Shown piece after piece: positions 12,801 to 26,069 of a stretch of 64,000 nucleotides of DNA (position 1 is its first letter; each line of letters starts with the position of its first letter). The stretch is from Macrostomum lignano. Its lineage: Eukaryota. The stretch is from positions 48,340-112,339 of the forward strand of contig NIVC01000554.1 of NCBI GenBank assembly GCA_002269645.1, written 5' to 3'. The notes under the pieces are model-generated. The model did not search any database and had not been told where the DNA came from. It saw nothing but the letters and a program-made list of their open reading frames with translations. A program made the position numbers and the translations under genes.

Positions 12801-14574
12801 TCCCTTAAGAAAATGCTTGTGTTGTATGACTACTTCACTGATTTGGCGTAAATGAGAGTTGCATGCAGTTATTGCAAATTGTAGTAGTTTTTTTAGTCAA
12901 ATAGAAGATAGAATTAGAAATGGAAAGCTAAAAAAGAAAGTTGTTTTCGCATATTAGCGCCTTTTTCTCTATGACAAAAAAGAAATTTGTTCCTACAATT
13001 TTTTTCTTATCCTGCGATAATTTCTTTGGTTGCTGTAGGCCTAGTGGCAACACTGATACCATGTATGCACATTGTTTAGTTGGAGAAGCATGTTATAGAA
13101 TATTAGGCCCTATAGAAAATAGAAATATGCTACAATACTTCATTATGACATTAGCCTATAATATAGTGAATATGCTATAGTATTAAGCTTTCACTAATAA
13201 GCACTAATAAGCAAGACACCAATGCGACGCAAATATAGGCCTATGTGTATAGGCTTAGGCATATTAATACTTAGCCCAATAATATATATTCTATACCTAC
13301 ATATACAATGGAATCAACCATAGGTGTTAGACTGTTTCAAAAAGTAGGGGCCAGACAACTGTTGATGATGCTAACACTCACAGTCTACTTTGGCCATAGT
13401 TTGGAGCAGTCAATATGTACCACAAAAAAATGATCAAATTTTTTGTGTATGGCAATGTACACTGAATAGTGAATATATATATTACCTTAGCAAAGCTTCA
13501 ACTTGTCAATTTTGTAATGGTACTACTAGACTATTGATTTTGATATTGAATTTCAATTAGATAAATTTAAAAGATAAAAAAATTATTAATACATGTATGA
13601 TGTTTCATATATATAAAGAAAAAAACAAAATTCATTAATTTTTGTTAAAATTTTAAACCATTACCTTGTAAAAAACATGATAATCAGTTTAGCATTAATA
13701 GTTGTTAAATTTTACAAGTATAATGCATGGACAACTATTATTAATAATATGTTTTTAATTTTTTTGTGCAAGTCACACCAAAATATTATACATGTACACC
13801 AAAGACCAAAAGCCTAAAATCACTTTTTGTATGCTAACATGTATGCCAAATTTCTTGAGTGTACCCCAGAAATTCCCAGTGTATATGCCTTCTTCCAGAC
13901 TATAGTACTTTGGTTATAGCCACTTCAGTACCAGCCATTTTGGTAACAAAATGTAGAAAAAATGCCAAGAAGGGATTATAGAGCTATTTAAAAGATTTCT
14001 TCACTGATATAATTGCATTAACTAATATATACTGAGCTGATATATTAGTTTTATTAGAATAATAATTTCCTAGAAAATGGCTTAGGCCAATGCTAAAGCA
14101 GTTAATAGAATACTAGGCTATATATATGTTATGTATTTTGTGGCTATGATATGATCATACCTTACAATTTAAACTTTTACTTAATTTAAAATTGGCAAAT
14201 TTCAAAAAAAAATTTACATTTTAAACAAAGTAGATACTGCTTTTAAATTATGGTGAATACACTTATACCTCATTAACAAAAAATAAAATCCCTTTCAATC
14301 ACGTAAAAATCATTAATCTAATTGTCAGTTAGGGCCTATCTCAGATACTTCTTAGACAAAATTTTATTAGATAAAACAAACTAGAGTCTGCTGAGCATAT
14401 CTATACATACTATATCTATATTTTTATAAACAGGAGTCAATGGAATATATAGAATTGCTTTATAGTAATTTTAGGATAGTTTTATCAAAGGTATTGTATG
14501 AAGGTAAGATACTTAAGGGTATAGACATTGAAATTATATAAAAATTTTGGTTTATGGAAATCAGTCTCACCTGA

Positions 14575-14890
14575 AGTCATAGCTAAGTATGCCAGTCCCA
14601 CCTGAAGCCAAAGCTAAGTATGCCAGTCCCACCTGAAGCCAAAGCTAAGTATGCCAGTCCCCCTTGAAGCCATAGATAAGTATGCCAGTCCCACCTGAAG
14701 CCAAAGCTAAGTATGCCAGTCCCACCTGAAGCCAAAGCTAAGTATGCCAGTCCTACCTGAAGCCATAGATAAGTATGCCAGTCCCACCTGAAGCCATAGC
14801 TAAGTATGCCAGTCCCACCTGAAGCCACAGATACGTATGCCAGTCCCACCTGAAGCCATAGCTAAGTATGCCAGTCCCACCTGAAGCCAT
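14575..14890. repeat. Minisatellite, 31-bp unit GCTAAGTATGCCAGTCCCACCTGAAGCCATA
   Basis: About 10 tandem copies. Confidence 0.95.
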
Positions 14891-15063
14891 AAAAAAATCC
14901 TGTTACACGAAAATTGAAAAAATGCTCGTACTGTAAAAAAAGGTTTCAGATCTTAATAAAATACAGTGTAACTAAATTGCATGGATAGCTTAGATGTGTC
15001 GATAATGGCAGTTCGAATTCCATTGTCAATCCGCAGTCGGCCTCAGGTGCCAGAAGTCTGTCA

Positions 15064-17969
15064 ATGCGGGCTGTGCTAGTTGACAAACCGGGACCACCCG
15101 ACGAGTCCATGCGACTCGCTCATGACGTGCCAGTGCCGCAGGCGGCGCCAGGTGAACTGCTAATCCAGGTAGCCTACACGGGACTGAACCGAGCCGACCT
15201 GTTGCAGAGAATGGGTCGATACAATCCGCCGAAAGGTGCTTCCAACATCATGGGATTGGAGGTGTCAGGTCTGGTCAAACAGGTTGGCCCAGGCAATGTC
15301 GGTATGGCTTCGAGATTTCGACCCGGCGATCGGGTTATGGCGCTGCTTGCTGGCGGTGGCTACGCAGACTATGTTAATGTGTCCGCCGAGTTGGTGAGTC
15401 CGAGGATTACGAAATTGAGCACTCTGGTTGCTATGCTAAGTGCTTTCAATTACTTGCCTAGGAACTATAGTTCCTGTGGTTGCTAGGGGCTATAGTTCCT
15501 GTGGTTGCTAGGGGCTATAGTTCCTGTGGTTGCTAGGGGCTATAGTTCCTGTGGTTGCTAGGGGCTATAGTTCCTGTGGTTGCTAGGGGCTATAGTTCCT
15601 GTGGTTGCTAGGGGCTATAGTTCCTGTGGTTGCTAGGGGCTATAGTTCCTGTGGTTGCTAGGGGCTATAGTTCCTGTGGTTGCTAGGGGCTATAGTTCCT
15701 GTGGTTGCTAGGGGCTATAGTTCCTGTGGTTGCTAGGGGCTATAGTTCCTGTGGTTGCTAGGGGCTATAGTTCCTGTGGTTGCTAGGGCCTATACCGGTA
15801 GCTAGGGCCAACTGGTCTCATCTCTTGCCGCCTACTCAATTGTCGTCAGGCAATCCGCATTCCTGACACCATGTCGCTGAGAGACGCCGGCGCCCTGCCC
15901 GAGGCCTGGCTGACTGCCTATCAGCTGCTGTCGTTCGTTGGCAGCATTCGAAGCGGCGAACGAGTCCTGGTGCACGCCGGCGCCAGCGGTGTCGGCACTG
16001 CGGCGCTGCAGCTGGCTAAACAGCTGTTTGGCGCGGTGCCCTTCGCTACGGCCGGCTCGGCTGAAAAGTGCAGCCTGGCGGTCAGGCTGGGAGCCGAGCG
16101 CTGCTTTAACTATCGGGAGCAGCCGGACTGGCCAGCCGAGCTGCTGAGCGCAACCTCATCAGCCGGGGTCAATGTCCTGCTTGACTGTGTCGGCGCAGCC
16201 CATCTTGGCGCCAATGCGCGCGTCCTGGCCACCGACGCTCGCTGGGTGCTGTACGGACTGATGGGCGGGGCGGACCTGCCGCCAGAGCAGGCCAGCAGCT
16301 TTCTTGGCGCTTTGCTGAGCAAACGGGCCAGTCTGATTGCCACTCTGCTCAGGAATCGGCCGGATGAGGTGAGCTCAACTGCTAATATTGTCTGTTGAGT
16401 AGGTCTTGGGGGTTGGAGCAGGGTCTCTATACCAGTGCCAGGGTCTCTAGACCAGTGCCAGGGTCTCTATACCAGTGCCAGGGTCTCTATACCAGTGCCA
16501 GGGTCTCTACACCAGTGCCAGGGTCTCTACACCAGTGCCAGGGTCTCTACACCAGTGCCAGGGTCTCTACACCAGTGCCAGGGTCTCTAGACCAGTGCCA
16601 GGGTCTTTACACCAGTGCCAGGGTCTCTATACTAGTACCAATGCCAGTATCCCCAGACCAGTGCCAGTATCCCCAGACCAGTGCCAGTATCCCCAGACCA
16701 ATGCCAGTATCCCCAGACCAGTGTCAGTATCCCCAGACCAGTGCCAGTATCCCCAGACCAATGCCAGTATCCCCAGACCAGTGCCAGTATCCCCAGACCA
16801 GTGCCAGTATCCCCAGACCAGTGCCAGTATCCCCAGACCAGTGCCAGTATCCCCAGACCAATGCCAGTATCCCCAGACCAGTGCCAGTATCCCCAGACCA
16901 GTGCCAGTATCCCCAGACCAGTGCCAGTATCCCCAGACCAATGCCAGTATCCCCAGACCAGTGCCAGTATCCCCAGACCAGTGCCAGTATCCCCAGACCA
17001 GTGCCAGTATCCCCAGACCAGTGCCAGTATCGCCAGACCAGTGCCAGTATCCCCAGACCAGTGCCAGTATCCCCAGACCAGTGCCAGTATCCCCAGACCA
17101 GTGCCAGTATCCCCAGACCAGTGCCAGCATCCCCAGACCAGTGCCAGTATCCCCAGACCAGTGCCAGTATCCCCAGACAAGTGCCAGTATCCCCAGACCA
17201 GTGCCAGTATCCCCAGACCAGTGCCAGTATCCCCAGACCAGTGCCAGTATCCCCAGACAAGTGCCAGTATCCCCAGACCAGTGCCAGTATCCCCAGACCA
17301 GTGCCAGTATCCCCAGACCAGTGCCAGTATCCCCAGACCAGTGCCAGTATCGCCAGAGCAGTGCCAGTATCCCCAGACCAGTGCCAGTATCCCCAGACCA
17401 GTGCCAGTATCCCCAGACAAGTGCCAGTATCCCCAGACCAGTGCCAGTATCGCCAGACCAGTGCCAGTATCCCCAGACCAGTGCCAGTATCCCCAGACCA
17501 GTGCCAGTATCCCCAGACCAGTGCCAGTATCCCCAGACCAGTGCCAGTATCCCCAGACAAGTGCCAGTATCCCCAGACCAATGCCAGTATCCCCAGACCA
17601 GTGCCAGTATCCCCAGACCAGTGCCAGTATCCCCAGACCAGTGCCAGTATCCCCAGACCAGTGCCAGTATCCCCAGACCAGTGCCAGTATCGGTAGTCTG
17701 GCTGGTTGGGCAGCTGTCGCCGGCAACCACACGACCCCAATCTGTGTCCAACTTGACCGTTGCAGTACAAGGCTCGCCTGGTGTCCGAATTCGCCGAACG
17801 GGCGATGCCGCTGTTCGAGTCCGGCCGCCTCAGGCCAGTCATCGACTCGGAGTTTCCCTTCGCCCAGGTGGCTGCCGCTCACACCAAAATGCAGTCCAAC
17901 GCCAATTTGGGAAAAATCTTGCTAGCCGTCAATCCTCAGTTGGAGTTGGAGAAACGACAGGAGCTGTAG
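15064..17969 (+). CDS. TP53I3: PIG3-like NADPH:quinone oxidoreductase (MDR/zeta-crystallin family). Exons 15064-15393, 15850-16368, 17766-17969; ~350 aa
   Basis: Motifs LNRADLLQRMGRY-PP-G...GLEVSG, LPEAWLTAYQ, VLVHAGASGVGTAA and AHTKMQSNANLGKI; three exons joined at phase 0 by GT..AG. Confidence 0.88.
15465..15790. repeat. Intronic minisatellite, 25-bp unit TGCTAGGGGCTATAGTTCCTGTGGT
   Basis: About 13 near-identical copies in intron 1. Confidence 0.97.
16420..17692. repeat. Intronic 20-bp minisatellite in two variant blocks (ACCAGTGCCAGGGTCTCTAT, then ACCAGTGCCAGTATCCCCAG)
   Basis: Fills intron 2; source of several long spurious ORFs. Confidence 0.97.
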
Positions 17970-18254
17970 ATTGTCATTAGGCTGTAGATTGTCATTAAGG
18001 CTGTACTCGTAGTTTGTCATTAGGCTTAGTTTGTCATTAGGCTGTAGTTTCACGATCAAATGTCGCTCATAGCTTGTTTAAATACTCTTTTAATCTCCCT
18101 GTTTCATGACTTACGTAATGATGCTTACAATTGCAAGCTGTTGAAATTGAAAATAAATTAATTCACGTACAATTGATGTGCATCTTTTTTTCGATTCGGA
18201 TAAAATATGCTTAGAAATTAAAGCTGCTTTTCATATTCTTAAAATTCTGACTAC

Positions 18255-18780
18255 TTTTACTGACACTCTTCACAGTGCCTTTCTGACACTCCTCACAGTG
18301 CCTTTCTGACACTCCTCACAGTGTCTTTCTGACTCTCCTAACGGTGTCTTTCTGACACTCCTCACAGTGCCTTTCTGACCCTCCTCACAGTGTCTTTCTG
18401 ACTCTCCTAACGGTGTCTTTCTGACACTCCTCACGGTGCCTTTCTGACACTCCTCACAGTGCCTTTCTGACACTCCTCACAGTGCCTTTCTGACACTCCT
18501 CACAGTGCCTTTCTGACTCTCCTAACGGTGTCTTTCTGACACTCCTCACGGTGTCTTTCTGACACTCCTCACGGTGTCTTTCTGACACTCCTCACAATGT
18601 CTTTCTGACACTCCTCACAGTGTCTTTCTGACACTCCTCACAGTGCCTTTCTGACACTCCTCACAGTGCCTTTCTGACACTCCTCACGGTGTCTTTCTGA
18701 CACTCCTCACAATGTCTTTCTGACACTCCTCACGGTGTCTTTCTGACACTCCTCACAGTGCATGTCTTTCTGACACTGAC
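18255..18780. repeat. Minisatellite, 23-bp unit TCACAGTGCCTTTCTGACACTCC
   Basis: Tandem copies. Confidence 0.95.
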
Positions 18781-19627
18781 AGCCATAAGTGAGTACTGTA
18801 TATTTGGCTTTATTACATGTAATTGAGGTAGGATGAGGTAAGCCTGGTAGGGGATGGCGTTGCTGATAAGAATGTAGCCTAGGGAGCTGAGTCGAGTTTA
18901 GACAGTGGAAGAGTATTAACGCATGGAAAGATGTCACACACACACACACACAGACACACAGAGAGAAAGAAAGTGAGAGCCAATCAGAATGAAGCAAGGG
19001 CTAGACAAGAGAAACGAGGGCTAGCCACGTTGAACAGACAACGGCAGGGAGTAGAAGTGCAGGCAAGAGGACAAAACGCGTAAACAATTTTTATGGAGGG
19101 TTACACGATGACATTCTTTAGGGCTAGAAATTTGCAAGGATTTCTGTAAAAACATGCTACGCCAGAGTTTTAAAAAGACCTGAGTGGAGCGGGTGCCTGA
19201 TTAGGTAGACTTGCGATATATGCGATAGTTTTATGACAGTGGGGATGGCTATTGGGGAGGCTGATCCAAAAAGGGGCTCCGCTCCTATCGATGATGAATT
19301 TTTTTAATTAGTTGCAGCACCTACCAGTCCCCCAATCGTACCTCCTGTAGGTTTGTGGCCAAATTAACTGAGATATCTATCAGATACGAACTAGCAGTAG
19401 TTATTTATTATAGCAAAATTTTTAATTAAATTTTGAATTGACAAATGCGAGGTGGTCACAATTTTGGCCTACAGCCACGCCAGGTCATCGCGGGTGCCCA
19501 TTAGCTACCAGTTGTGGAGAGGAGGCGCACGGCCATGCAAATAGCCAGAGATATTTGAGTATACTTATACTCATTAAACGCGCCACGACTTCCTAGATAT
19601 CCCCAACTCCAGCAGTTTAAACAGCAC

Positions 19628-22600
19628 ATGGAGGCGACATCCAACGGTGAGCAGCGGCCGGAGCCTCTGCATCCGCAGCTCCGTCAGAAGGCTCTGATCT
19701 CGTTTGCCCAGCAGACCACAGCGCACGGCTTTGTGCGCCTGACGCAGGGCTCCAGCCTCCGCCGCCTCATCTGGGCACTGGCCATCTTAGGCGCCTGTGT
19801 AGGCTTCTCACTGCACCTGTCAGAGCTGGTGAAGAGGTACCTCAGCTACCCAGTGAGCACCGAGTTGTCTAATGATGGGGCAAAGTTTCAGTTCCCAAGC
19901 GTCACCATCTGTCCCATTAACAACTACGTGCTTTGGTGTCAACCTGTGCCTCCGCTCGATGCCAACGGTAAGGATCAATAACTAATCAGTAAAGCTACAT
20001 GTAAATGCTTTCAGAAAGTTCACGAGGTTGAAATGAGTCTGACTGACTGGATTGATGACGTGCAATCGAAAGTATAGCTGATGATGTCACAGAAAACAAG
20101 AAAAAAACAGGTAAATTGTTGTATGCTCGTACTGGTTTAACGTTGTCCACAGCATTCATGTCTGTATATCTAATACATGTATGCACAATACTTTATTTAA
20201 AGTATCATAAACCACACCACCTGCTACTATATGCATGCAACACATACTCGTAGCATGTCGTAAACACATACCATAAGCTTATATTATATACATGTATCTC
20301 AAAACTCAGCTACATCAGATATGTGCCTATGGAACATGATCTATGACGGTCCTCGCGCATATCTACTGCTGGATAAAGAGAACTGGAATGTCTCAGTGCC
20401 TCCGCACCCCTACAAATACTATGACGATGGAAAACTTGCACTGAGAGCTCTGGCTTACCGCGGCATGCAGTTCATGCTGCCTCACGAGATGGTTCTCTAC
20501 TGCCGGTACAACTCCGAGCCCTGCTCTTTCAAGAACTTCACCCTGTACAAGGACGAGGACAGGTAGGACGCCGCTTGTGTTCACAAGATCACAAAGGTAG
20601 GACAAAGATCAAGAAGACAAAAATCTAGCAACTGAAGCAAATCACCGACTTTATCGAAACTTCAGATTCCAGTGTATTTCGTTTACTCCATTGAACCACT
20701 CAATTGTTCGAGCCGGGCCTGGCAACGGACTTTATCTGGTGCTCAATCAGATAACGGACTCGTTTTTAACTGACGAAGAGCAAATTGACTATGTGCCGGG
20801 ATTTCAGGTGGCCCTGCATGAGAGAGGTGAGCCAATCATGTCCTCATGCTTTAGGCTGTCTACCCTATTTTTCCTGCTTATATTCTCGTAAACAGAAGCG
20901 CAGCAGGTGTTGCTGTTAGCAACTTAGCATGTTTTCATTGGAGAGAAGCAAATTCAAAGCCCTGTACGAAAAGGAAAGAACGAACATCAAAAACTTTTAT
21001 ACTCCAAAAATTCTGTGCCAATGCATTTCGACCACTGTCGACCATGTCTGGATCAATAGTCTGTTGTATTTGTATCTGAAATAACTCACCATGTGCAGTT
21101 ATACGAGTAATTTGTTCAACAAAAGTCAGGCTTAGAATGAGAAGGGGCAAAGAGAGACAGAGATCGAGAATAGGGTGTAGTACAGTAGCGTACAACTCAA
21201 CCTAGAACACGTTGAGTTGGCGGCTGGCACCCCCCATAGCTAACTGACAGTTTAAATTAGGCTTCAGAGCTTTAATGTACATGGCCTCTAAAATGTTCAA
21301 CTTGTACTCAAGACTGCTGGAATCAATAATCTTAAGCAAGTCGACAGGGTTGCTGTTGCAAGATGAATCACACGTGAGCAGGTGGTTTTGCATGGATGGC
21401 TGATTTCTTCGTCTACTGCTCCTTGACCCTTGTGTACAGGTGTCGCTTCGCTTTCCCTATGTAAGAGATGCTCTGTTTCTATGTTCTAGAGTAAAACTCG
21501 GTAGCTCACTCTAGAACAGCGGAGTATCATCTAGAACCTAGTGTGCTACGTAGCTCGTAAGCATGCATCTAATTATTTAGTAACGACAATTTATTGCATT
21601 TGAAATCTGAACACAGCTAGCAAATCAGTTAAGAAACAGCTGAAAAATTACAAACAATTAAAATAAGCTGACTAGCTATTGGCATGTGGAGTTAAAAAAG
21701 AGAGACAGTACAGCAAACTGTTATATTTGCTGAGTAAGAAACATCGTATGGATACAATTATTTTAATGCAAAGTGGTATTGCATGATACCATCTTTTGCT
21801 ATTGGCAAAAGGACGTATGGATAGGCGCCTACACTATGTACGCAAAGATGTACCCATGAGTGGAGTATACGCTTGACCCGGGTGGCAGGACACAAGTTTA
21901 GCATGACTGCAAACTCAGCAAATTTACATGTAAATTGACAACCCCCCTGCACATCAGAACCAATGGGTACTCGTATATCCTACGTTTAATTCTCGCAGGC
22001 TTCAAGCCAGACATGTCTCTGGGCTTCAGAGCTCCGTTCATGCACAAGACGCAAGCTAGGATTTTCGAAGAGACGGTCACCAAGGTCGATCGCGACGCCA
22101 CGCCATGCAGCAACGACCTGCCGAACGTCACCTATACAATGAACTACTCGTATCCGGGTAGCTTTGAGGATCAGAGCTTTTTTAGCACCTACCAGGACTG
22201 CGTGATAAGACGGATGCAAACGGATTATAAAAGCACCTGCGGTTGTCTGGGCACGCACTTGCCATTGCCCAGTGACCTGCTTAACGGCACGGGTGTGTGC
22301 CATCGGCTGCCAGAGGAGGTGAGAGCGTCGAACAAGGGTGCTAATTAGTATTATGGCAATACCTTGGCGACCCGGATTCCAAGAGACTTGTCAACTCCTT
22401 TCTTACATTTCAGATGCTGATCAATTATAATATAAACTACCGAACTAACAAAAACAACTTCACAGAGTACATAATAAAGAACAAAACTCATAGTTATTAC
22501 CCACTGACGGATTACCTACAGGCCAACTGGGAAACACTTGACTTCAATCTCAGCAGAAGCTTATTCAGGTGCTACCACCGAGTGCTGCGCCGTCACAAGA

Positions 22601-23468
22601 CGCAGGGAGTCTCTGACAAGCACTGCCCAGTGCGCTGCACCAACGTCCGCTACAGAGACCACACTACCGTGACGTCCTGGCCAACGGACGTAAATCTTGC
22701 GTCGGAAATTGTCCGCGGCTACGTGAAAGACAACCTGGATCAGATTAGTGGCACAGATCTACTTAAAGACCGGCTTCAACACATGTACGACAACCCAAAT
22801 TACACATTTAACGAAGTTCAAAGCCTGAGCGTGCTGGACCTGTACCCGATGTCTGTCAAGACGAGCGTCTTCACCGAATCGTTTGCCTATCCACTGCGGA
22901 ATTTGTTCTCGGATCTGGGTGGAATTCTTGGTGAGCGACTGGACTCAAAGCCATGTCCTCAGACAGTAGCTACGTGTACTATGCTCGTAGGACTATGGAA
23001 CAATTGGTGTAGCTGTAGATGTAGAAGCCTGCATTATCAGTAAACTGTAATGTGAACTTAACAGAGGAGACTATTAGAACTGAACAGAATATATATTTTA
23101 CCGGTATAGCGGTAGGTATTCCATAGAATACTTTGTATAAAGGCATTCTCTGCTTGGGGTGAGAGGGAATGGGTTTCGTTGCGAGCATCTCTCATCTTCA
23201 CTCCTGTTTGCTCATCTCAATTACTCAATTGCTGATAGCTTTTTGTTTTCATTTTACAGGCCTATGGATTGGAGTGTCCGTTGTGACCTTAATAGAATTT
23301 CTGGAGCTCTTAATTCAAATGGCCCAGCTGATCACCAAGGGGCTCTTTGCAACATCAACGAAATCAGAGGGTGCCCAAGATCAAGCTGAACACAGGAGCC
23401 AGCAAAGTATGCGAAACAGCATCCACACGGTAGAGACCGTTCGCGTCGAGCCCGAGGGTGTCGTCTGA
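19628..23468 (+). CDS. DEG/ENaC (ASIC/FaNaC-like) amiloride-sensitive channel subunit, paralog A. Exons 19628-19967, 20310-20562, 20666-20826, 21999-22318, 22414-22930, 23260-23468; 599 aa
   Basis: Pre-TM1 TTAHG (HG motif), TM1, FPSVTICP, Cys-rich thumb, SWP, and TM2 SDLGGILGLWIGVSVVTLIEFLE (GxS filter). Exon lengths sum to 1800 nt, in frame. Confidence 0.92.
20990..21485 (-). mobile_element. Penelope-like element 3' fragment (GIY-YIG endonuclease), decayed, antisense in intron 3 of paralog A
   Basis: Minus strand reads YIGKAKRHLYTRVKEQ* and then, after a frameshift, LNILEAMYIKALKPNLNCQ...LNVF*; typical PLE GIY-YIG C-terminus. The segment is absent from the homologous intron of paralog B. 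Confidence 0.75.
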
Positions 23469-25079
23469 GAAGGTTTAAACTTTGCGTCCTCTAAAATGCT
23501 TTGCCAATTTCGACTGAAGACAAGGTTGACAAAGTCTACGTGAAGCGCTCGTTGGAGAAGTGGTATTGTTTCGTCTCCGTGAAAAAAACTTACATACGTG
23601 TAGTGAAGCAACTGCATGGCTAAGGACTGCTTGTTTTTAGTAAGTAGAGAGTGCGACACTGTCACTGCTTTGAATTGACAGTTTTGGTGGACGGAGGACT
23701 TTATAAATAAAGTCAATAATAATACTTCAGAAAATAACTGTACAGTAAATACTTGCTAAGGCTTGATAGATGCCAAGAGCCTGAATTCCATCCTAGAGTG
23801 GGATCGTGGGCCGTGTGAGGTTATGACTTCTGGCTTTTTAATTCTATGCTAGTGATTCCGTCTGTGGTCGCCACTTTTGAGAGTGCAGGTAAAGTCTCTC
23901 AATCTTGCGAGTGACGCAAATTAGCTACGCTGCGGCAGACTTGCTGAGTTGAGGAATGAAGTTCGGGGGAGCGGTGTAGGGTTGGGCGGATTATAAAGCT
24001 TATACCTCGATCAGTTTTCGATCGTATCTTCTATTTTATAATAGACCAAGAGAAATTGCTTACTGGCACATGAGTGGCAACTTTTCAAATGTTGCAGAGT
24101 ATACATATACTCACTACACGGTAATTAGTCAGCTACTCATTTTACTACTTGGTTCCGTCTAACCCCAGCAATTAATTTATCCGGTAAAGGAAAAAGTACC
24201 AAGTCCAACGGCTCAATAACTTATCAAAGAAAACATTTATAATTAAAGTAAAAAGTTAAATCGTGATTTTTTTATCAGCAGCCGATTATCCAATAGCCCA
24301 AACTTTATGCAATTTTTTACCCTTAAACGTGTTTTGGCTAGTGAGCTCTACTAACAATAGTATGCGTCAACCTCTTGCCTTATCTAAATTAAATTTTTTG
24401 TTTCGTGCAACTACTCTCTGAGAAATATTAATATAATTTTTTTGATGTTCTTAAATTTTTTACTGAAATTTATTTTGACTTGCTAATGTTTTAAAGTTAT
24501 TGATTCTAGTGATATTATTGATTTTACATGTGTATAGCGAAAGATGAAGGTATATACTATATTTATTCCCGAGGGTACTAAACTTAGTTGTACTGATTAT
24601 ACGAGTAATTGAATAAATAAAGAAGCGATGAAAGTAAGAACCAAACAAAAAGCCATTTTGTTATCGTTTTTTTTCTTTAATATTAAATATTTTAACATTT
24701 GCACAAAATTATTAAAAGCCACATGAATCCACAACTTTTACAAACAAAGCTTACAGAAATCAAGGCTATAGGCATGTTATTCTAAAATATGAGCTTTCGA
24801 AGTTCGAATTTCAGTAAAAAAACCTATCGCTATTTTTATGTCGAAAAAGAGAAAGCTCTTATCTCTGATGTGCATTGGGTGCGTATTTTATAGTCAGCAC
24901 TCAAAGTTTCCCGTTCTTCGAATCTACATGTACCTAAGTCGTCTTTGATTGGCTCTAATGCATGGCATATGCCCTCAGCTGGCGTGTAGTTTATTCTATA
25001 TACCCCTTTCGTGTGCTGACAAGTTTCACTAGTTTTGAGTTGGCCCTTACATGTACATGTACTTTGTCTTGTATTTACG

Positions 25080-25210
25080 CGTATATAAAACCCATGTGAG
25101 CATTCCCCTCACGACTTCGGTGTCTGCTGCGGCTGCCGTTCTGGAGAAATTAGGAGAAAGTTACTATACACCACTTGAATTAGAGACTTAGACCGTCAAA
25201 AGTGACAGGT
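25080..25210 (+). promoter_or_regulatory. Possible TATA box and non-coding first exon upstream of DEG/ENaC paralog B
   Basis: TATAAAA at ~25084, GTAGGT donor-like site at ~25208, and an acceptor TTTGCAG at ~27644. Inference only. Confidence 0.2.
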
Positions 25211-26069
25211 AGGTTATTGTAAATCAAGCTGGGCCTACAGGTTGACCTCTAGACACCGAAGTAACTTATCAAAAGTAGGAACAGAATAAGTGAACAGCAC
25301 TCAAGATGGGCCTTGAGTTGAAATTTAGGGAATTTTTACACTTCATCCGTGAATATGACCACAGGGTGTACATGCAGCGGCCCTGACTTTCTAGCCGCCA
25401 GGCACGTATTCACTCTTTGTGCCTTTGAGGTTGGCCCTCGTGAACCCGAATCGCACAACCCCCTGCCAATATTCTTTCATCGGATTGTGTGTGGGCTGCT
25501 TAATGTATAAGATTGCATGGAATTTGAACAGTCTCGGATAATGATCGAAAATATTATATGTTCGGGTCAGTTTGCAACGCTTTTAATACCGTGTGGCAGA
25601 CCCGTGACGCAGAGCGGAACGCAGCAATGAGTCCACATCTAAGATTTTCAGCTGAATCTAGTGTGGATTATTTAGAGGAGGCGTCGCACTTAAGCTTGGG
25701 CGCACGCGATGATACACAATTTAAGTTGCTATTTAAAAAGCTGGATGCCATTCCCAACTTTGCGCAGTCCAGTGTTATTTCATATTCTCGTTTTCAAAAG
25801 CTTTGGATAGCTGGAAGCAAAGGCACCTACCTATTCAGCTCAGCTCAAAACTATTCCCCAATATCCTCATGCCTTCTTTTTTCCTTCCCCAATCCTTATC
25901 TATCGTGCAGGCAGGACAAGTCTAACTGTACGCCTTTTACAATGCTAATATAAAAACAATATGAATCCAAGTCAAGTCACAATTGAAGGGCACTGCTTAT
26001 ACTCGTAATACTATACCCTATTGCTTTAAAGGACTATTACAAAAAACAAAATCAGTGTTTGTAACAATC

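Noticed and set aside
12140-12860. Moderately GC-rich island with a 95-aa ORF
   Set aside because: No ATG start, domain or consistent splice structure.
16395-17980. Long 372-501 aa ORFs in several frames
   Set aside because: Translations of a stop-poor 20-bp intronic repeat in the PIG3-like gene.
21035-21065. Hammerhead ribozyme in the Penelope fragment
   Set aside because: A GAC-AGTG-GTC-GAAA stem is present on the minus strand, but the CUGANGA core is not recognisable.
25558-25953. 131-aa ORF between the channel paralogs
   Set aside because: No ATG start, recognisable motif or coding-like composition.
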